Assembly (NCBI GenBank): GCA_002269645.1
Contig: NIVC01000486.1
Location: 124,001-188,000, forward strand
Origin: Macrostomum lignano
Taxonomy: Eukaryota
Direction: 5' to 3'
Length of the DNA: 64,000 nucleotides
Shown piece after piece: positions 19,948 to 33,096 of this stretch. The notes beneath the pieces are model-generated. The model worked only from the letters and a program-made list of their open reading frames with translations. It searched no databases and had not been told where the DNA came from. Each line of letters begins with the position of its first letter. The stretch's first letter is position 1. The position numbers were made by a program, and so were the translations under genes.

Positions 19948-22911
19948 TTATTTCGGCGACTGCTTCTTATCCTCAGCAACAAAAGCAGCAGCAGTGGAAA
20001 GTTCAGACGGTTCAGCTTTCAATTCAGCCTTGGCCTCGGCGCCATTGCAATCCTCCGCCTTGGCCTTTGCTTCGCCTTCGCCGTCTCTTTGTTCAGAGTC
20101 TTTGTCCTTGCCGTCGCCACCATCCTCGCCATTTTTATCGTCCTCCTGATCCTCTTCTTCCTCCTCATCCTCATCGTCATCATTGTCGTCATCTTGGTCG
20201 ATTTCCTCTTTGAAGTCGCCGCCTAAGCGTCGGCGTTGTTGAATTCGCCGATGCCGTCTCTGCCGACGCTGGTATTGGCGCCAGATCGGCTCGCAGCGTT
20301 TGTGATCGCCCTCGGTGACCAGGTTGAAGTACTTGTTCACCAGGCGGCGCTGGCCCCGACTGCAGCCGGCTATGTAAGTCTGCACGCTGAGCACGTACTC
20401 AAGCGCTAGACGGTCGCCGTACACTTCGCCTAGCAGGTCGGCGGAGGCGGCCTCGTCGGCTAGGAATGCGTCGACTCGATCCCCGGTGCCGCTGGCGGCG
20501 GCCAGGAGCGGCCCGCCAGCCGCAGGGAGCAGGCGGCTCGTCATCTGGTCCAGGGCGGCCTGCTCCGAATCCTGGCGGGGAAAGGGGAGTGGATTAGAGA
20601 GCGTTTACTTGGGTCAAAGGGTGGATATAAGGGGGGATTAAGGCTGGCTTTTACAAGGAATATTAGAGCAGATCCTCAATGTGTGAATTAGAGCTGATTG
20701 CTCAAGGTGTGGATTAGAGCTGATTGCTCAAGGTGTGGATTAGAGCTGATTGCTCAAGGTGTGGATTAGAGCTGATTGCTCAAGGTGTGGATTAGAGCTG
20801 ATTGCTCAAGGTGTGGATTAGAGCTGATTGCTCAAGGTGTGGATTAGAGCTGATTGCTCAAGGTGTGGATTAGAGCTGATTGCTCAAGGTGTGGATTAGA
20901 GCTGATTGCTCAAGGTGTGAATTAGAGCTGATTGCTCAAGGTGTGGATCTAGCTCTAGTTCTAGCTCTAGCTCTAGCTCTAGCTGATTGCTCAAGGTGTG
21001 GATCTAGCTCTAGTTCTAGCTCTAGCTCTAGCTCTAGCTGATTGCTCAAGGTGTGGATCTAGCTCTAGTTCTAGCTCTAGCTCTAGCTGATTGCTCAAGG
21101 TGTGGATTAGAGCTGATTGCTCAAGGTGTGAATTAGAGCTGATTTCTCAAGGTGTGAATTAGAGATGATTGCTCAAGGTGTGGATTAGAGCTAATTGCTC
21201 AAGGTGTGGATTAGAGCTGATTGCTCAAGGTGTGGATTAAAACTGGCTATCTATCCGTAAGTCAGGAACTGGTATGCAAAAGATACATAGAAAAACTTGA
21301 TTGACAAGCAGCCATCGCGGCCTAACCTGCAGTCCCAACAGCTGGGCGGCATCAGTCGGATAGAACACTTGACGGCGGCAGAGTCGTTTCACGTCGGTCG
21401 GTGCGGCGGCCACGCCGGAGCTCGAATAAAAATCGTCTTCGTAGTCGTCAAGCGGCACGAATACCAGGCCGGGCTCCTCAAGCCGGCCGATCAGAGGCGG
21501 CCCGGCTGACATCAGGCGGGCTCGCGCCTCCGCCGCCGCGGCCTCGGCCAGCGCAGTCAGCTCGCCGACAGGAGTCGGGTCGGTGTACGATGCCGGCGCG
21601 CCGGGCCGGTCGTCATCCGCTTCATCTTCGTCAGCGATGAGCTCTTCAATCTCGATCTGGCCGGCCTCGGAGCCCTCCTCTTCCATCAGCACCATCATGT
21701 TGCTGGACGAGTTGCCCGAGCATTCTCCGTCGGCGTCGGCTCCGCCGGCCAGGCCAAGGCCGCCAGTTGAATCAGCGGCCAGGCTTCTGGCGCTGCTGGC
21801 GCCGGCGCCGCCGCTGCAGTGCGACGCGCCGCTGTTGCTGGCCTCGCCGACGCCGACAACGCTGTCAAAGATGTCGTCAGGCACGGAGTTTGAGGCCGGA
21901 CGCGATGCGCCGCCGGCGCTGCTGACGCCGATTTCAGCGGCTGCCGTTGCGCTAGAACTGCTGGCAGTGGGCGGCGGAGTCAAGGCCGCTGCTGGGCGGC
22001 GACGGTTGCCGCTGCCGCCGCTGCCGCCGACCGCTGCCGATCTGGGCGAAGACTTTGGCGACGCTTTTGCCAACAGCTGCTGGGCGGGGTGCCTTCGCGG
22101 CCGTCCGCTGGCTGCCTATTGATCCGGCGGGGTTGAGGTAAGAATTAAGATGAGATTTCCATCTTCTTGAAAACTAAACTATATTAAACAACGATTGTTT
22201 TTATTGAAGCGTCCCAGTGCTTGCAGGTAACACAGATAAAATAGGAAAGAAGTGACTCCAGACGACTCTAAAACGACGAGATGTCAGGATACAAGTCGCT
22301 AAAAAGTTATCAAAGAGTCGCCTAAGAGTCAATTTGAGGCGTTTCATTGTCTGCGACTCAACAATGCGCTTCAACAATGACTCTGTGGCCGTGGACTCTC
22401 ATTCTCATCACGATAACTGGTTTCAACTTGAAATTCAGCGAGATTTCCACGAGACAAGCTGAGATTTTTTTACCTGCAAATCTTCATCACTGAGCCGATT
22501 GGCCAGTCCGCACTGCTTCCTCAGCTGGATGAGCTTGTCGAAGGCCATCAGCCTGTCGCCTTCGGTCATGAGCTTGTCGGCTTCCTCGTAGAATATCGTG
22601 TCCGGCGTATTGTAGGTCATGGCATTCTGGCACATCAGGCGGAAGTCGCCCCGGAAATCGGCCACGTTAGCGTACTGATTGGAGTCGATTTTGGATCGAA
22701 TAGTGCTCAAATCCATGGGGTTGGTGATGATCTCCGAATAGCGAGGCGCGATGTCGTCAGTGACGGGCTTGGCGAAGATGCCGTTGACATCCCGCCTGAC
22801 CAGCTGCTTGTGCAGCCTGATCAGCAGCGTCCGCATCGCCTCCTGGTGCTGCGACACCTCGTCGGAGCTGGCGGCAGCGGTGAGATCCGAGGAGCTGGCG
22901 TGATCCGACAT
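19948..22911 (-). CDS. BRD7/BRD9-like bromodomain protein (exons 22911-22474, 22115-21327, 20571-19948)
   Basis: Bromodomain RRDVNGIFAKPVTDDIAPRYSEIITNPMDLSTI...CQNAMTYNTPDTIFY; C-terminal region resembles the BRD7/9 DUF3512 segment (GEVYGD...VTEGDH). True start is uncertain. Confidence 0.82.
20683..21237. repeat. 26-bp minisatellite with interspersed (agctct)n runs in BRD7/9-like intron
   Basis: gtggattagagctgattgctcaaggt units. Confidence 0.93.
22250..22400 (+). repeat. Interspersed repeat family (gactc-rich); also near 26190 and 39575
   Basis: Shared gtcaatttgaggcgttt core in all three copies; aaagagtcgcctaag shared by the 22250 and 39575 copies. Confidence 0.65.
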
Positions 22912-23384
22912 GGAGCTGCAAAATTAAAAAAGGCATCGACTGGTCAGGCAGTGCAAAAGTGCGAGTGCGACAGGCTGTTATGGGCAATAAAAATGTAATA
23001 TTAAGTAATGAAATTTAGAAACTGGTTTTGCAAGACTGTTTAGATTTAAATAATTTATTTGAATATCAGTTAGGTTGCCTATACAGATACTTTATTAGCT
23101 AGATCGGTCTCTCGCAATAATGCGCTCATAACAGCGCATCGAATCTTTTTTCAGAAGCAAAATTTGCATTCTTGGCTGCATACTAGTGATCGAAAAAAAT
23201 TATAAAATTTCATAGAATACTTTAAGCTGCTGAATCTGCAATAATCGCCTCTGACTTTCTAAAAGCAATCAAATCTAGTGCGTGCTCATAGCGAGCAAGA
23301 GATAGAAGGGGTAGCGCCCTCAGCCAGGACAATAAACAATTTGGTTTTCCTCTTGCCCGCTTGTGTCCGACTTTGACCCTCTCT

Positions 23385-24290
23385 CCTTACTGCTCTCTCA
23401 TTGGCTGAGCCAGATTAGGCCTGCCCCCCTAGGCTAAGTTTCTTCCGTCTGACTTCGACCTCTTACCTTACTGCTCTAATTGGCTGAGCCAGATTAGGCC
23501 TGCCCCCCTAGGCTGAGTTTCTTCCGTCTGACTTCGACCTCTTTCCTTACTGCTCTCCCATTGGCTGAGCCAGATTAGGCCTGCCCCCCTAGGCTGAGTT
23601 TCTTCCGTCTGACTTCGACCTCTTTCCTTACTGCTCTCCCATTGGCTGAGCCAGATTAGGCCTGCCCCCCTAGGCTAAGTTTCTTCCGTCTGACTTCGAC
23701 CTCTTACCTTACTGCTCTCTAATTGGCTGAGCCAGATTAGGCCTGCCCCCCTAGGCTGAGTTTCTTCCGTCTGACTTCGACCTCTTTCCTTACTGCTCTC
23801 CCATTGGCTGAGCCAGATTAGGCCTGCCCCCCTAGGCTGAGTTTCTTCCGTCTGACTTCGACCTCTTTCCTTACTGCTCTCCCATTGGCTGAGCCAGATT
23901 AGGCCTGCCCCCCTAGGCTGAGTTTCTTCGGTCTGACTTCGACCTCTTTCCTTACTGCTCTCCCATTGGCTGAGCCAGATTAGGCCTGCCCCCTAGGCTG
24001 AGTTTCTTCGGTCTGACTTCGACCTCTTTCCTTACTGCTCTCCCATTGGCTGAGCCAGATTAGGCCTGCCCCCCTAGGCTGAGTTTCTTCGGTCTGACTT
24101 CGACCTCTTTCCTTACTGCTCTCCCATTGGCTGAGCCAGATTGGGCCTGGCCCCCCTATCCGAGTTTCGTCCGTTTTGCATTTACTTTTCGGTCAAATGC
24201 TTCTTAACCGCATGTTTCTGAGGCCAAAAACATGAGCTGAGGAAGGAAAATGTTTGCCTTCCCATTAAAGACAAACTACTGAAAAAGCGT
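23385..24290 (+). repeat. 81-bp tandem (10 copies) plus shared flank, same family as 9885
   Basis: ttggctgagcc recurs at 23401, 23480, 23561, 23642...24127. Confidence 0.92.
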
Positions 24291-24764
24291 AGAAGCTCTG
24301 CTTTTAAACAACTATAATAGCACGTGTCATAGCTGTTAGTTGCGCATCTGCGATTGCCACTTGTAGCTGACTAGGAGCACTTGCAATATAAATTATGCAG
24401 ATTTAGATACCGATCTATGCATCAATCTGGTCTTAAAATTTAATTTTAAGCGAAGAAAACAAAAAATAATCACAAATCCAACAAGACGACTAAATCACAT
24501 TAAATTGAATCGACTAGACTAAAAAAGTTGCAGTTTATCAAGTTGGATATGCTTGCACTGATATAAATTATTCCAAGCAAGAAGAATAAAAGCGATTAGA
24601 TAAATAAAACAGAAACGAAAAAATACACCAGACCAATTCGGCCTTTTCTAAGAACAAAAAAACAGCGCCCTTACACCAAATAAGAAGCACAGATTTGTGA
24701 GCATTGGCACAGATTCAAATTGGAATTATAAATTATAAACAGTTGTATATCAGGCCACTATTGC

Positions 24765-27700
24765 TCAACACGAGCAGCCAGAGGAGCCGCCGCTAGCGTC
24801 ACTGCCGCCGCTTCTTGTGTCATTCAGGGCCACACCGGAATTTCCAGCCGCCTCCCACAGGCCGGGCGTTTGTAGAATTTTTTCAACCAATTCTTCGAAA
24901 GCCGTCTTAACACCTTCGTTGGTCTTAGCGCTGGCCTCGATGAACAGCATGTGATGCTTGCGGGCGAACTTCAAGCCCTCGTCTCGGCTAACCTCGCGTT
25001 TGGCCTAAATGAGTGGGTTTAATTAAAAAAGGCTACATCAATAATAGAATAACTACTAGATCTGGCCACTCAGCGCATTTGCGTATAAGCTACTATTCGA
25101 TTCAGTAGTATAAGTCAAACTGAAGCATTTAAATTTGTTTTTAGACTAGGCTCATTTATATTGGCTCTTACAACCCCTATTGCTTAATAAACACAAAAAA
25201 TCTACCCCCGCCCCGCCGTACAATTTTTATTGTCTTTCTCAGTGTTCCAGCTTAAGCTATCATGGACATTTTAAGTGAGACTGGCTAATGTACATTATAG
25301 CTATGGGATCGCTGAACCAATTAGGTTGTTTTCGACTGCGCAAGCTCGTCAGCTTCTAAACTTATCAAAGTCATCTCAGCTGACTTTATTTTTGTAAAAT
25401 AGCTTATGTATTCCTCCTTGCTACTGAACTGGAAGTAGAAAGACTGTCTTATGAAGTATATATGGCGGCTGGCTCAATATGCAATATACTGAAAAGGCAA
25501 GATACCTATCTAATTTTGACACTGTTTAACCTACGTACGCTATCAATCTTATTTCCAACAAGCATTTTGACCAAATTGCCGCGATTTGCAAATGTTGTCA
25601 GTTCGCTTAGCCAGTTCTCCAAACGGCTGAATGTGTCTTTCTTAGTGACGTCGTAAACTAGAATGACGCCTTGAGCGTTGCGATAGTAACCGGGCGTTAG
25701 AGTGCGAAATCGTTCCTGACCTGCGGTGTCCTGTATAGGATTTGTTGAGGGAATTTGGGTTAGTAATGATTCAGGTTCAGTTATATATGAGTGGAACTCC
25801 TCCTTCGGAGGAGAAAGAGGAAGAACTTCCATTGCCAGAATTCCATCAGCTGAAATTCCATGACTTGAATCCCATCTTCTAAATCGTCTCCAAATCCTCT
25901 ACAAAGCCTTTCAAATACCATATTTTATTTCCCCTGTTTGCAAAAAATGACTGACATTGTCTAGACTCAGGTTCTCCTGTCTTTTCTCTCTTCTTTGCTC
26001 TCTCATCTCTCTCATTTCTTCTCTATCTTCTCTACTGTCTACTCTATCATCTCTTATCTCTCCTCTCTGCGCTCCTCTCTTACACTCTTCTTTCCCCGCA
26101 CTACTTTCTCGTCTTAACTCTCTTATCTCTGATGTTTCATCTCTCTTCTCTCTCCTCTCTCCCTTCTCCTCTCTCTCCCATCTCATCTCTGAAGAGTCAA
26201 TTTGAGGCGTTTTATTGTCCGCAACTTTTCAAAGGACTTTGGGACGACGCAAGTGACTGTGGGGCGCTCATATAGTGACTTTGGAACCGTAGAGTCGAAG
26301 CTGATGCGTGCTGGAGTCGCTGCAGAATCACTGAGTTGCGTCTAAAGCGCATCTGCGTCACTTTACTAGAATTTATTTTGCATTTACGAGCTATAAAACT
26401 ATTTAGTCTACTTAAGTAAGTAGACAGTTAAACGCTAAATCGACTTTTGGACAATATTTTCATGATTTATTTTACAATTCTATAACTCACTTAATTGACA
26501 CATTGCAGTCGTTTGAGTAGTTAAAAAATCACAAGAGTTGCTGGATTCATTAGTGAGTTTTTTGCAGTCCTTCATTATCGACTATTGTCCCGGTAAATTT
26601 TTCAACAGGCTTGGGGGGGGGGGGTTACAAGCGTCTGGATTAGCTGGTGCCACTTGGCTACCTGTTCCAAATTGGAATTGGAATAAAAAATCCAAACATT
26701 TCTACCTTACCCTTTGCACCAATGAAATTCTCTGATACAGACTGCAGGCTTCGTGTTTACAGATTGTTTGATTTTGAAAATTTATAGAAGTATTGGAACA
26801 TACATGCGCAACCCCCCCCCCCTGATTTACACTGGTTGTGCAACATACTATTTGACTAAAAATGCGAATTAACTATGAAAGAAGAAACCAAAGCAAAAAC
26901 TAATGTAATTTTGGGAAAATGGCAGGAGTAACTATGACTGTATTATTCAGGTTAAATGGGTCGTTATCTACTTAGTATTACATCTGCATTTTTTCATGTG
27001 GGCACTTCCGCTACTTACCTTGGCTGGGCCCCCACCAGCCGGGCTAATCTGCCAGGTGTCTCTTAAATTATAAACTTCTAGATATTTCAAATGAAATACA
27101 AAAAATATCCACAGCTTGAATTAAGCTGTATCAGAGAATCAGAGTCTGAAACAAAATTAACTTGGCAGCCAGGGTCCAAATTTATAAAAACCTATAGTTC
27201 CAAGTACATGTCAGATGTGTCCACTGTAGACCTGGGTTGTACATTGTCATGCAATGCACACCTTTCTTTACAATCTGGCAAGTAACAGTGCTCTAATGAA
27301 CTAATTATGCTCAAATAAGTGCCACTAAAAACCAAATATTTATGACAGGAAGTTTGACAAGCATTTGATTTAAGGAAAAAGAAAAAATATAGCAATTCAT
27401 ACAAAAATCTTACCCAAATAGCCAATTTTGTTCGATTTCCATCAACAGTCATGAGACTCTTTACTTTGAAGTCCACACCTGAAGAAAGTACAGTGATAAA
27501 TATATATTAGATAGATATATTCCATATTAATTCAAGCTTCTTTCAATTGAAATGCATTAATAAACGTAAATCTCTACTAACCAATAGTGGCAGGCTGTTC
27601 AACATCAAATGTGTCATCCACAAATCGCAGCAGTAAACTAAAATGTTTTTTAAGTTCTTTTGTTTCTCACACTTTATAAGCAAGTTATGAAATTTTGGTA

Positions 27701-30224
27701 TTGCAAAGTTTAGGCCCTGTGAAAGTTGATGCACTAGCCATTAGAAATATAGTAAAATTCATTTAGAATATGTAAACCCTATAGTCTATTTCTATTTATT
27801 TAACAACTGATAATATTAATGAAATAGAAATAGTATTGCATAATCATAAAGCAAAGGCAACAATATACCTAATAAATTCAATATTCCCATTTTGATAAAT
27901 ATAAGGGTATTGGCAATTCTATTAATAGGCTAACTCATTGATAGCAAAACAATCTAGAATTATTTACTAGCTTATATGAACCCATAGGTAGCAAGTCAAT
28001 TTGCCAAAAGTTCATTTGCTGAAAGTCAATTTGCAAAAGCAGGTTGTTCCACCAAGTTGTTTTGCTGAACAAATAAACAAAGAAGTGAAAAATATAAAAA
28101 ACAAATGAAGAAATGAAATGGTAATGTTAAATTTGAAACATTAAAATCAATCAATGACCTTATCTATGAACAAATAAATAAGGTAAAATGCAGAATGTTA
28201 AATATTAAAACCACCCATGTTTTACAAATAAAGTGGTAAAGTACAGAAAAAGCATATAGCATTTATATGGCAATTGTTATGCAAAATATTGTTTTCCTTG
28301 TATTTTTTTATAAAATTAAGACTTGAACCAGCAGAAAAAAAATTTCTATAGTTCATAATTAATTAAAAAATTATCGCATTGACAACTAAAAAATCAAACT
28401 CACAACCTTACCCATGTGACCCGAGTATCATACAATTATACTAGAAGAGTTTAAAAAATATTGCTAATATCATTATTTGAATTGGTAGATATCAGTTTCC
28501 CAATCAGGTTTTTGGCAAATTGACTTTTGGCAAATAGTTCTTTGGCAAATCATTGGCATTCTTTCATTTTACGATCCCCAAGCAAGTCAAGTTTTGTTTT
28601 ATGATCCCCATTAAAAATAGTCAAAAAGACATTCTAGTATACCAAAAAATTTCATCTCACAATTATTGTACATTATATTCACTTTTCAAATCTCATTAAA
28701 TCATCACTGTAATTGTCATTGAAATGTAGCATTAAGTTATGGAAGTGTAGCTTATATTTACTTTTGTCATACAATCATTTAAATGGTAAAATTATATGTT
28801 GGTGATTTTAAGACAAAACCAAAAGAGCTTGTAGGTTTTGAATTACAATCATACCAATAGTAAAATTGTATTAGAGGGATCGTATCATGAAATTGGATGG
28901 ATTAGTATGGTCCCAAATTTGCAGTTTGATTATGTTCATTCTATGGACATGAAGTCTATGCAGTCTATACCAAATAATATATCTCTATCAAGATTGATGC
29001 ATGGTTGAGAACAAAATTATTTGTTATGGCAATTGCTTTTGCACCCCCCTTACTTTCATCTTAGAATCCCTACTTAATATAAAAGATATATCCATTTCAT
29101 TAGGGAGATTGTAAGATGAAAGCGAGGGAAGGCCAAAAGCAGATGCATTCGTTATAAATTTCCAATTTTTGCTTCTTGTGGAATATCCAAGACATAGCCA
29201 AAACAAAACAGCAGGATATCTATCAGTTGATTAATATATCAAAAATTTCTTAGAATTTTGTTGTGATTGCTCCAATACACATTTATTATTGGTGTGATCA
29301 TAATACAAAACTTACAAGGTCTTTTGGTTTTGTCTTACAATTACCTACATATAAATTTGCCATTTAAATGATTGTATGATAAAAGTGAATATAAGCAACC
29401 TTCCTAACAAAACACAAGAGTTGATGCTACGATACATTGCTTAGAAGTGGTCCTATTTTGAAGTTTGATTTTAAGAGTAATTTTAACTTATAATTTTGCC
29501 ATCTTCCAAGGATTGTATATTGAAAGTCTGAACTCTTATATAGATAATGCTACATGATTGTAAAACAAATGAATTCCAAATCATCTAGTATTCAACCCAT
29601 ATAATATTTCTATATTTTTCTAATTCTAAACTAATAGTCATTTCACATTCACTAAGTCACTTAATTGAGATCTTATTTTGTGATCTGAATAAATTAAAGA
29701 ATTCTACCTAAGAGCAAAATGGGTTTTATATAGGTCTATACTAAATATATAAACAATGTATATTATATTTGGTCTATAGACTTATTGAGTCAAAAATATA
29801 AAGAGAATTAGGCATTTTTAGGCAATGCTATGCCTAAAAATCAATCTTAGACCTAAAATGCATAAGGGAGCCATACAATTTCTTGCTATAACCAATGCCT
29901 TGAATTCCCTTTTCTTTTTATTATAATAAACAATTTAGCATACTATGATAGGCTCACTACTAAGTAAGAAAAACAAAGGTAACTTGTTAAAAAATGTACA
30001 AAGTAAACATTTTGTTAGGATTTGAAATTAAGATTAAGATTTGAAAGATTTAAAGTAAATTAAATACTAATATTAGGGGGGGCCTATAACTTTTAAGCCT
30101 CTTTTGAAAGCATATTCAAATAAAATAATAGAGTTATTGTTATTTAAACAAACCTTGACTTTCCAACTCCACTTTCTCCAATGATTAATATTTTAAGTGT
30201 TGTTAGTGTATCACCAGAATCCAT
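24765..30224 (-). CDS. RAB18: Ras-related protein Rab-18 (exons 30224-30154, 27637-27582, 27478-27414, 25730-25539, 25004-24765; 207 aa)
   Basis: [35 protein letters not shown]...GVDFKVK...[26 protein letters not shown]...GNKID...EASAKT; C-terminal CSC prenylation motif; all junctions GT-AG and in phase. Confidence 0.95.
25036..25440. mobile_element. Degenerate copy of the 47587 MITE
   Basis: actagatctggccactcagcgcatttgcgtataagctact... is collinear with the 47587-48028 element; right TIR is degraded. Confidence 0.65.
28741..29403. mobile_element. Old element with ~110-bp imperfect inverted repeats
   Basis: 28741-28860 is the reverse complement of about 29285-29403 (catacaatcatttaaatgg...agacaaaaccaaaaga); no TSD seen. 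Confidence 0.55.
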
Positions 30225-31297
30225 TTTGATGCTTAGTCTATTTTAATTAAAGCAGTGCTAGGTTTGATTAGGCTAGGGGCCTAGGATTTAGGGCCTAGTT
30301 TAGTGTTTAGATAGGCCTACACTGATGCAAATATAGTAAAATAGCCTATGTTTTATTAGCTATTTATATTTACTATTGATATTTGCAGCTTAGACTGCTT
30401 TATGTAGAACTTAAGGCTTACGCTTTATTTAGAAACTAATTCAGCTGTACTTGTATATAACTGTAAGTGCAATTTCAATTCAAAGTAGGGCCAGTTAAGG
30501 TTAAGCTAGAGTAAATTAAATTTGCAAGACAAATGCTACATCAAGTTCTGAGGACTACTAGGCCTCTAACACACAAAAAATCAATATAAGCCTATGATCA
30601 GTAGATTGTCAATGATCACTCAAAATGGAACTCAGAACTAACTGAACTGAAGTGAAAATCCTAAAATGATAAAAATCCAACTAAAAACGTATCCGACAAG
30701 CGACAACAATATCAATTCTAATTATGTGAAAATTATTAACTAAGGAGGTTGTCAATTCGTGAGCAATAAACTTAAAAACATTTTATCGAATACATACGCT
30801 ACTATATACTAAGCTTTATACTAATACTGGCGACTCCAATATCATATGACTCGCTCGAACTCCGGGGCTTTTCATGGAAAAAGTCCACTGAAAAGTTCAC
30901 TATTTTCATTCACTTTAAATTTACTCTTAAAAGTAATGTATATTAAATAAATATAATTTGCGTGGTTTTTTTTGAAATGATTCTATAAAAGCAAAAACTG
31001 AAAAAAAATTGTTGTACGAGATTAATTGTCACAGATTCCAAAACCCGGACTTCCTAAAACCAAGGACGACTTAAGTAGACTTAAGCCGTAAGGACTACAT
31101 AGGTCGTCCTTGCCTAAAACTTCCTAAAGAATTCCAGTAATGCATGATTAACCAACATACTTAGGCCTAGTACGAGTATAACTTAGTATATAAAAGGCAA
31201 TATAGACCTCTCATTTCAACTTAGACCAAACTGTCTGCTAGAAGTGGGTCGCAATTATATTTTTATTTAGCGCTAGGGCCTACTCTATTATTTTTTG

Positions 31298-31553
31298 GGT
31301 AATCTTTCCTTACCCGACCGTAAATTATTTTCCGGATTTAATTTAATTATTTCCGGAATTATTTCGCCCTCTATTCAAGGGTGGTGGGGTGGGGGTTGGA
31401 ATTAAACGTGCGAAACTACAAGTTAGCCAGCTAATCTATTTGGTTAATATTAAGTTGTCAAATTGTCAAATTGTCAGACCGTAAAACATTTTAAATATAA
31501 AAAATTCGAAAACGCTTAGAAAATAATTTATGGTCGGGTAAGGAAAGATTACC
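31298..31553. mobile_element. Merlin-type MITE
   Basis: TIR GGTAATCTTTCCTTACCCGACC(G/A)TAAATTATTTT; 8-bp TSD ATTTTTTG on both sides. Confidence 0.8.
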
Positions 31554-31934
31554 ATTTTTTGTGCAATAGGGATGCTATGCTGCTTACTACTATAGCATTC
31601 TGATTTTCAAAATCTTCATCTTTTAAAATTAGACCTTGGATACAATTTTGCATCTTAGGCCTAGTGCAAGCAAAAAGAAACCTAGGATAATTTTTTTAGC
31701 AATAGGGATGCTATACAACATCTTGGCTTTCCAAATTATATCTTGAATTTAGATCTTAAATGCAATTTTGCATCCTAGCATCAGAAAAAAGCCTAGCCAA
31801 TAAGTTATATAGTGCTTTTTGTAGTTCCCTTTAGTTAGATAGCTAGGGAGAGGCCTACCAAATAGATTTTGTTTTGGGGCAATATTTGTAACAAGCCTAA
31901 TAATTTGTTTAGGCCTAACAATAAAGGTGTAGGC

Positions 31935-32422
31935 GCATAGTTCTAGTTTACTTCGTTATATTATTTCATAATTCTACTTTACTTTGTTATATTAATTTCA
32001 TGTATTTTCTTGCAACGCCACATGCTACCAGGGACCCGTATCATCACCAATGGCTGGCTGGTCTGGCCTATGCCGGGCTACAGAATCATGTGGTGGTAAA
32101 CCACCATCTATACTTCGTGGATCCAGCTGACCCAATAGTGCACACAAACCACATCGAGGGGATGTGGGCCCTGGCCAAGAGGCACCTACACACCATGCAT
32201 GGAATGAGCGATGCACTTTTCGAGGCCCATCTCAAGGAGTACATCTGGCACCGCATGTACCATAACTATTAACAACCCCTTTGGCGCCATGCTATACTAG
32301 GCCTCTGTTTATTATCCTGTTTAGGACTTGACTTGACCTTGAACCTGAAATTGATAGAAAAATGAGGTAAAATAATTTAACGAAAGGCAGAATAATATAA
32401 CGAAGTAAACTAGAATTATGCC
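31935..32422 (+). mobile_element. Merlin (IS1016/ISXO2-like) internal-deletion derivative with transposase C-terminus
   Basis: TIR (G)GCATA[AG]TTCTAGTTTACTTCGTTATATTATT; 8-bp TSD GTGTAGGC; ORF 32000-32272 VNHHLYFVDP..IVHTNHIEGMWALAKR. Confidence 0.82.
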
Positions 32423-33096
32423 GTGTAGGCTCCTTGTTTCCCTAGGCCCTATAGTTAAGAAGGCAATATATATAGGGCCTATGCCAATATTTCTTAGTAT
32501 ATATTATAACAAAGATAGGCCTAGCCTACTTACCAGTTTTAGTGTACATCAGGATATATCCAAGCATATATGATGCAATATGCCTTAAAAACATTGTCAT
32601 TGACATATTTTTTAGTCCAAGCATACAAATGAGGTCCTATACTTTTTCCTATTAGACCTAGTCCTAATGCACATTAATACATAATCCAAACTATGGCTTA
32701 GGATTTGGCCTATTACAAAAAATTGTCAATGAGCAAACTTAGCAAACAAATAAGTAGAAGGTTGGCTAGGCTAGGCCTTATCTATAATCATTGATAATAG
32801 ACCTATATTATCTTAACTTAACAAAAGCATAGACCTATATTTTACTAGAGATAAAAAGTAATTGCTATGGTTTATTAGAGATACATTGTGCACAATGCCA
32901 AGACAAACTGCAAGGCAACAGTAACTTAGCAGAGCAATCTATTTGAGCAAAGCCCCCACCAGTGGGACCACCACTGCGCTATTTTAGCGCAGCTGCGCTA
33001 TTTTTGCTTGCCTGCGCTACTCTATTTTCTGCGCTATTTGATGTATCTGCGCTATTTTGCTCTACATTGTAATTTTGTCGTTTTAAATGAGCAAAA

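Noticed and set aside
25911-26205. ORFs over a TC-rich stretch
   Set aside because: Low-complexity intronic sequence in Rab18.
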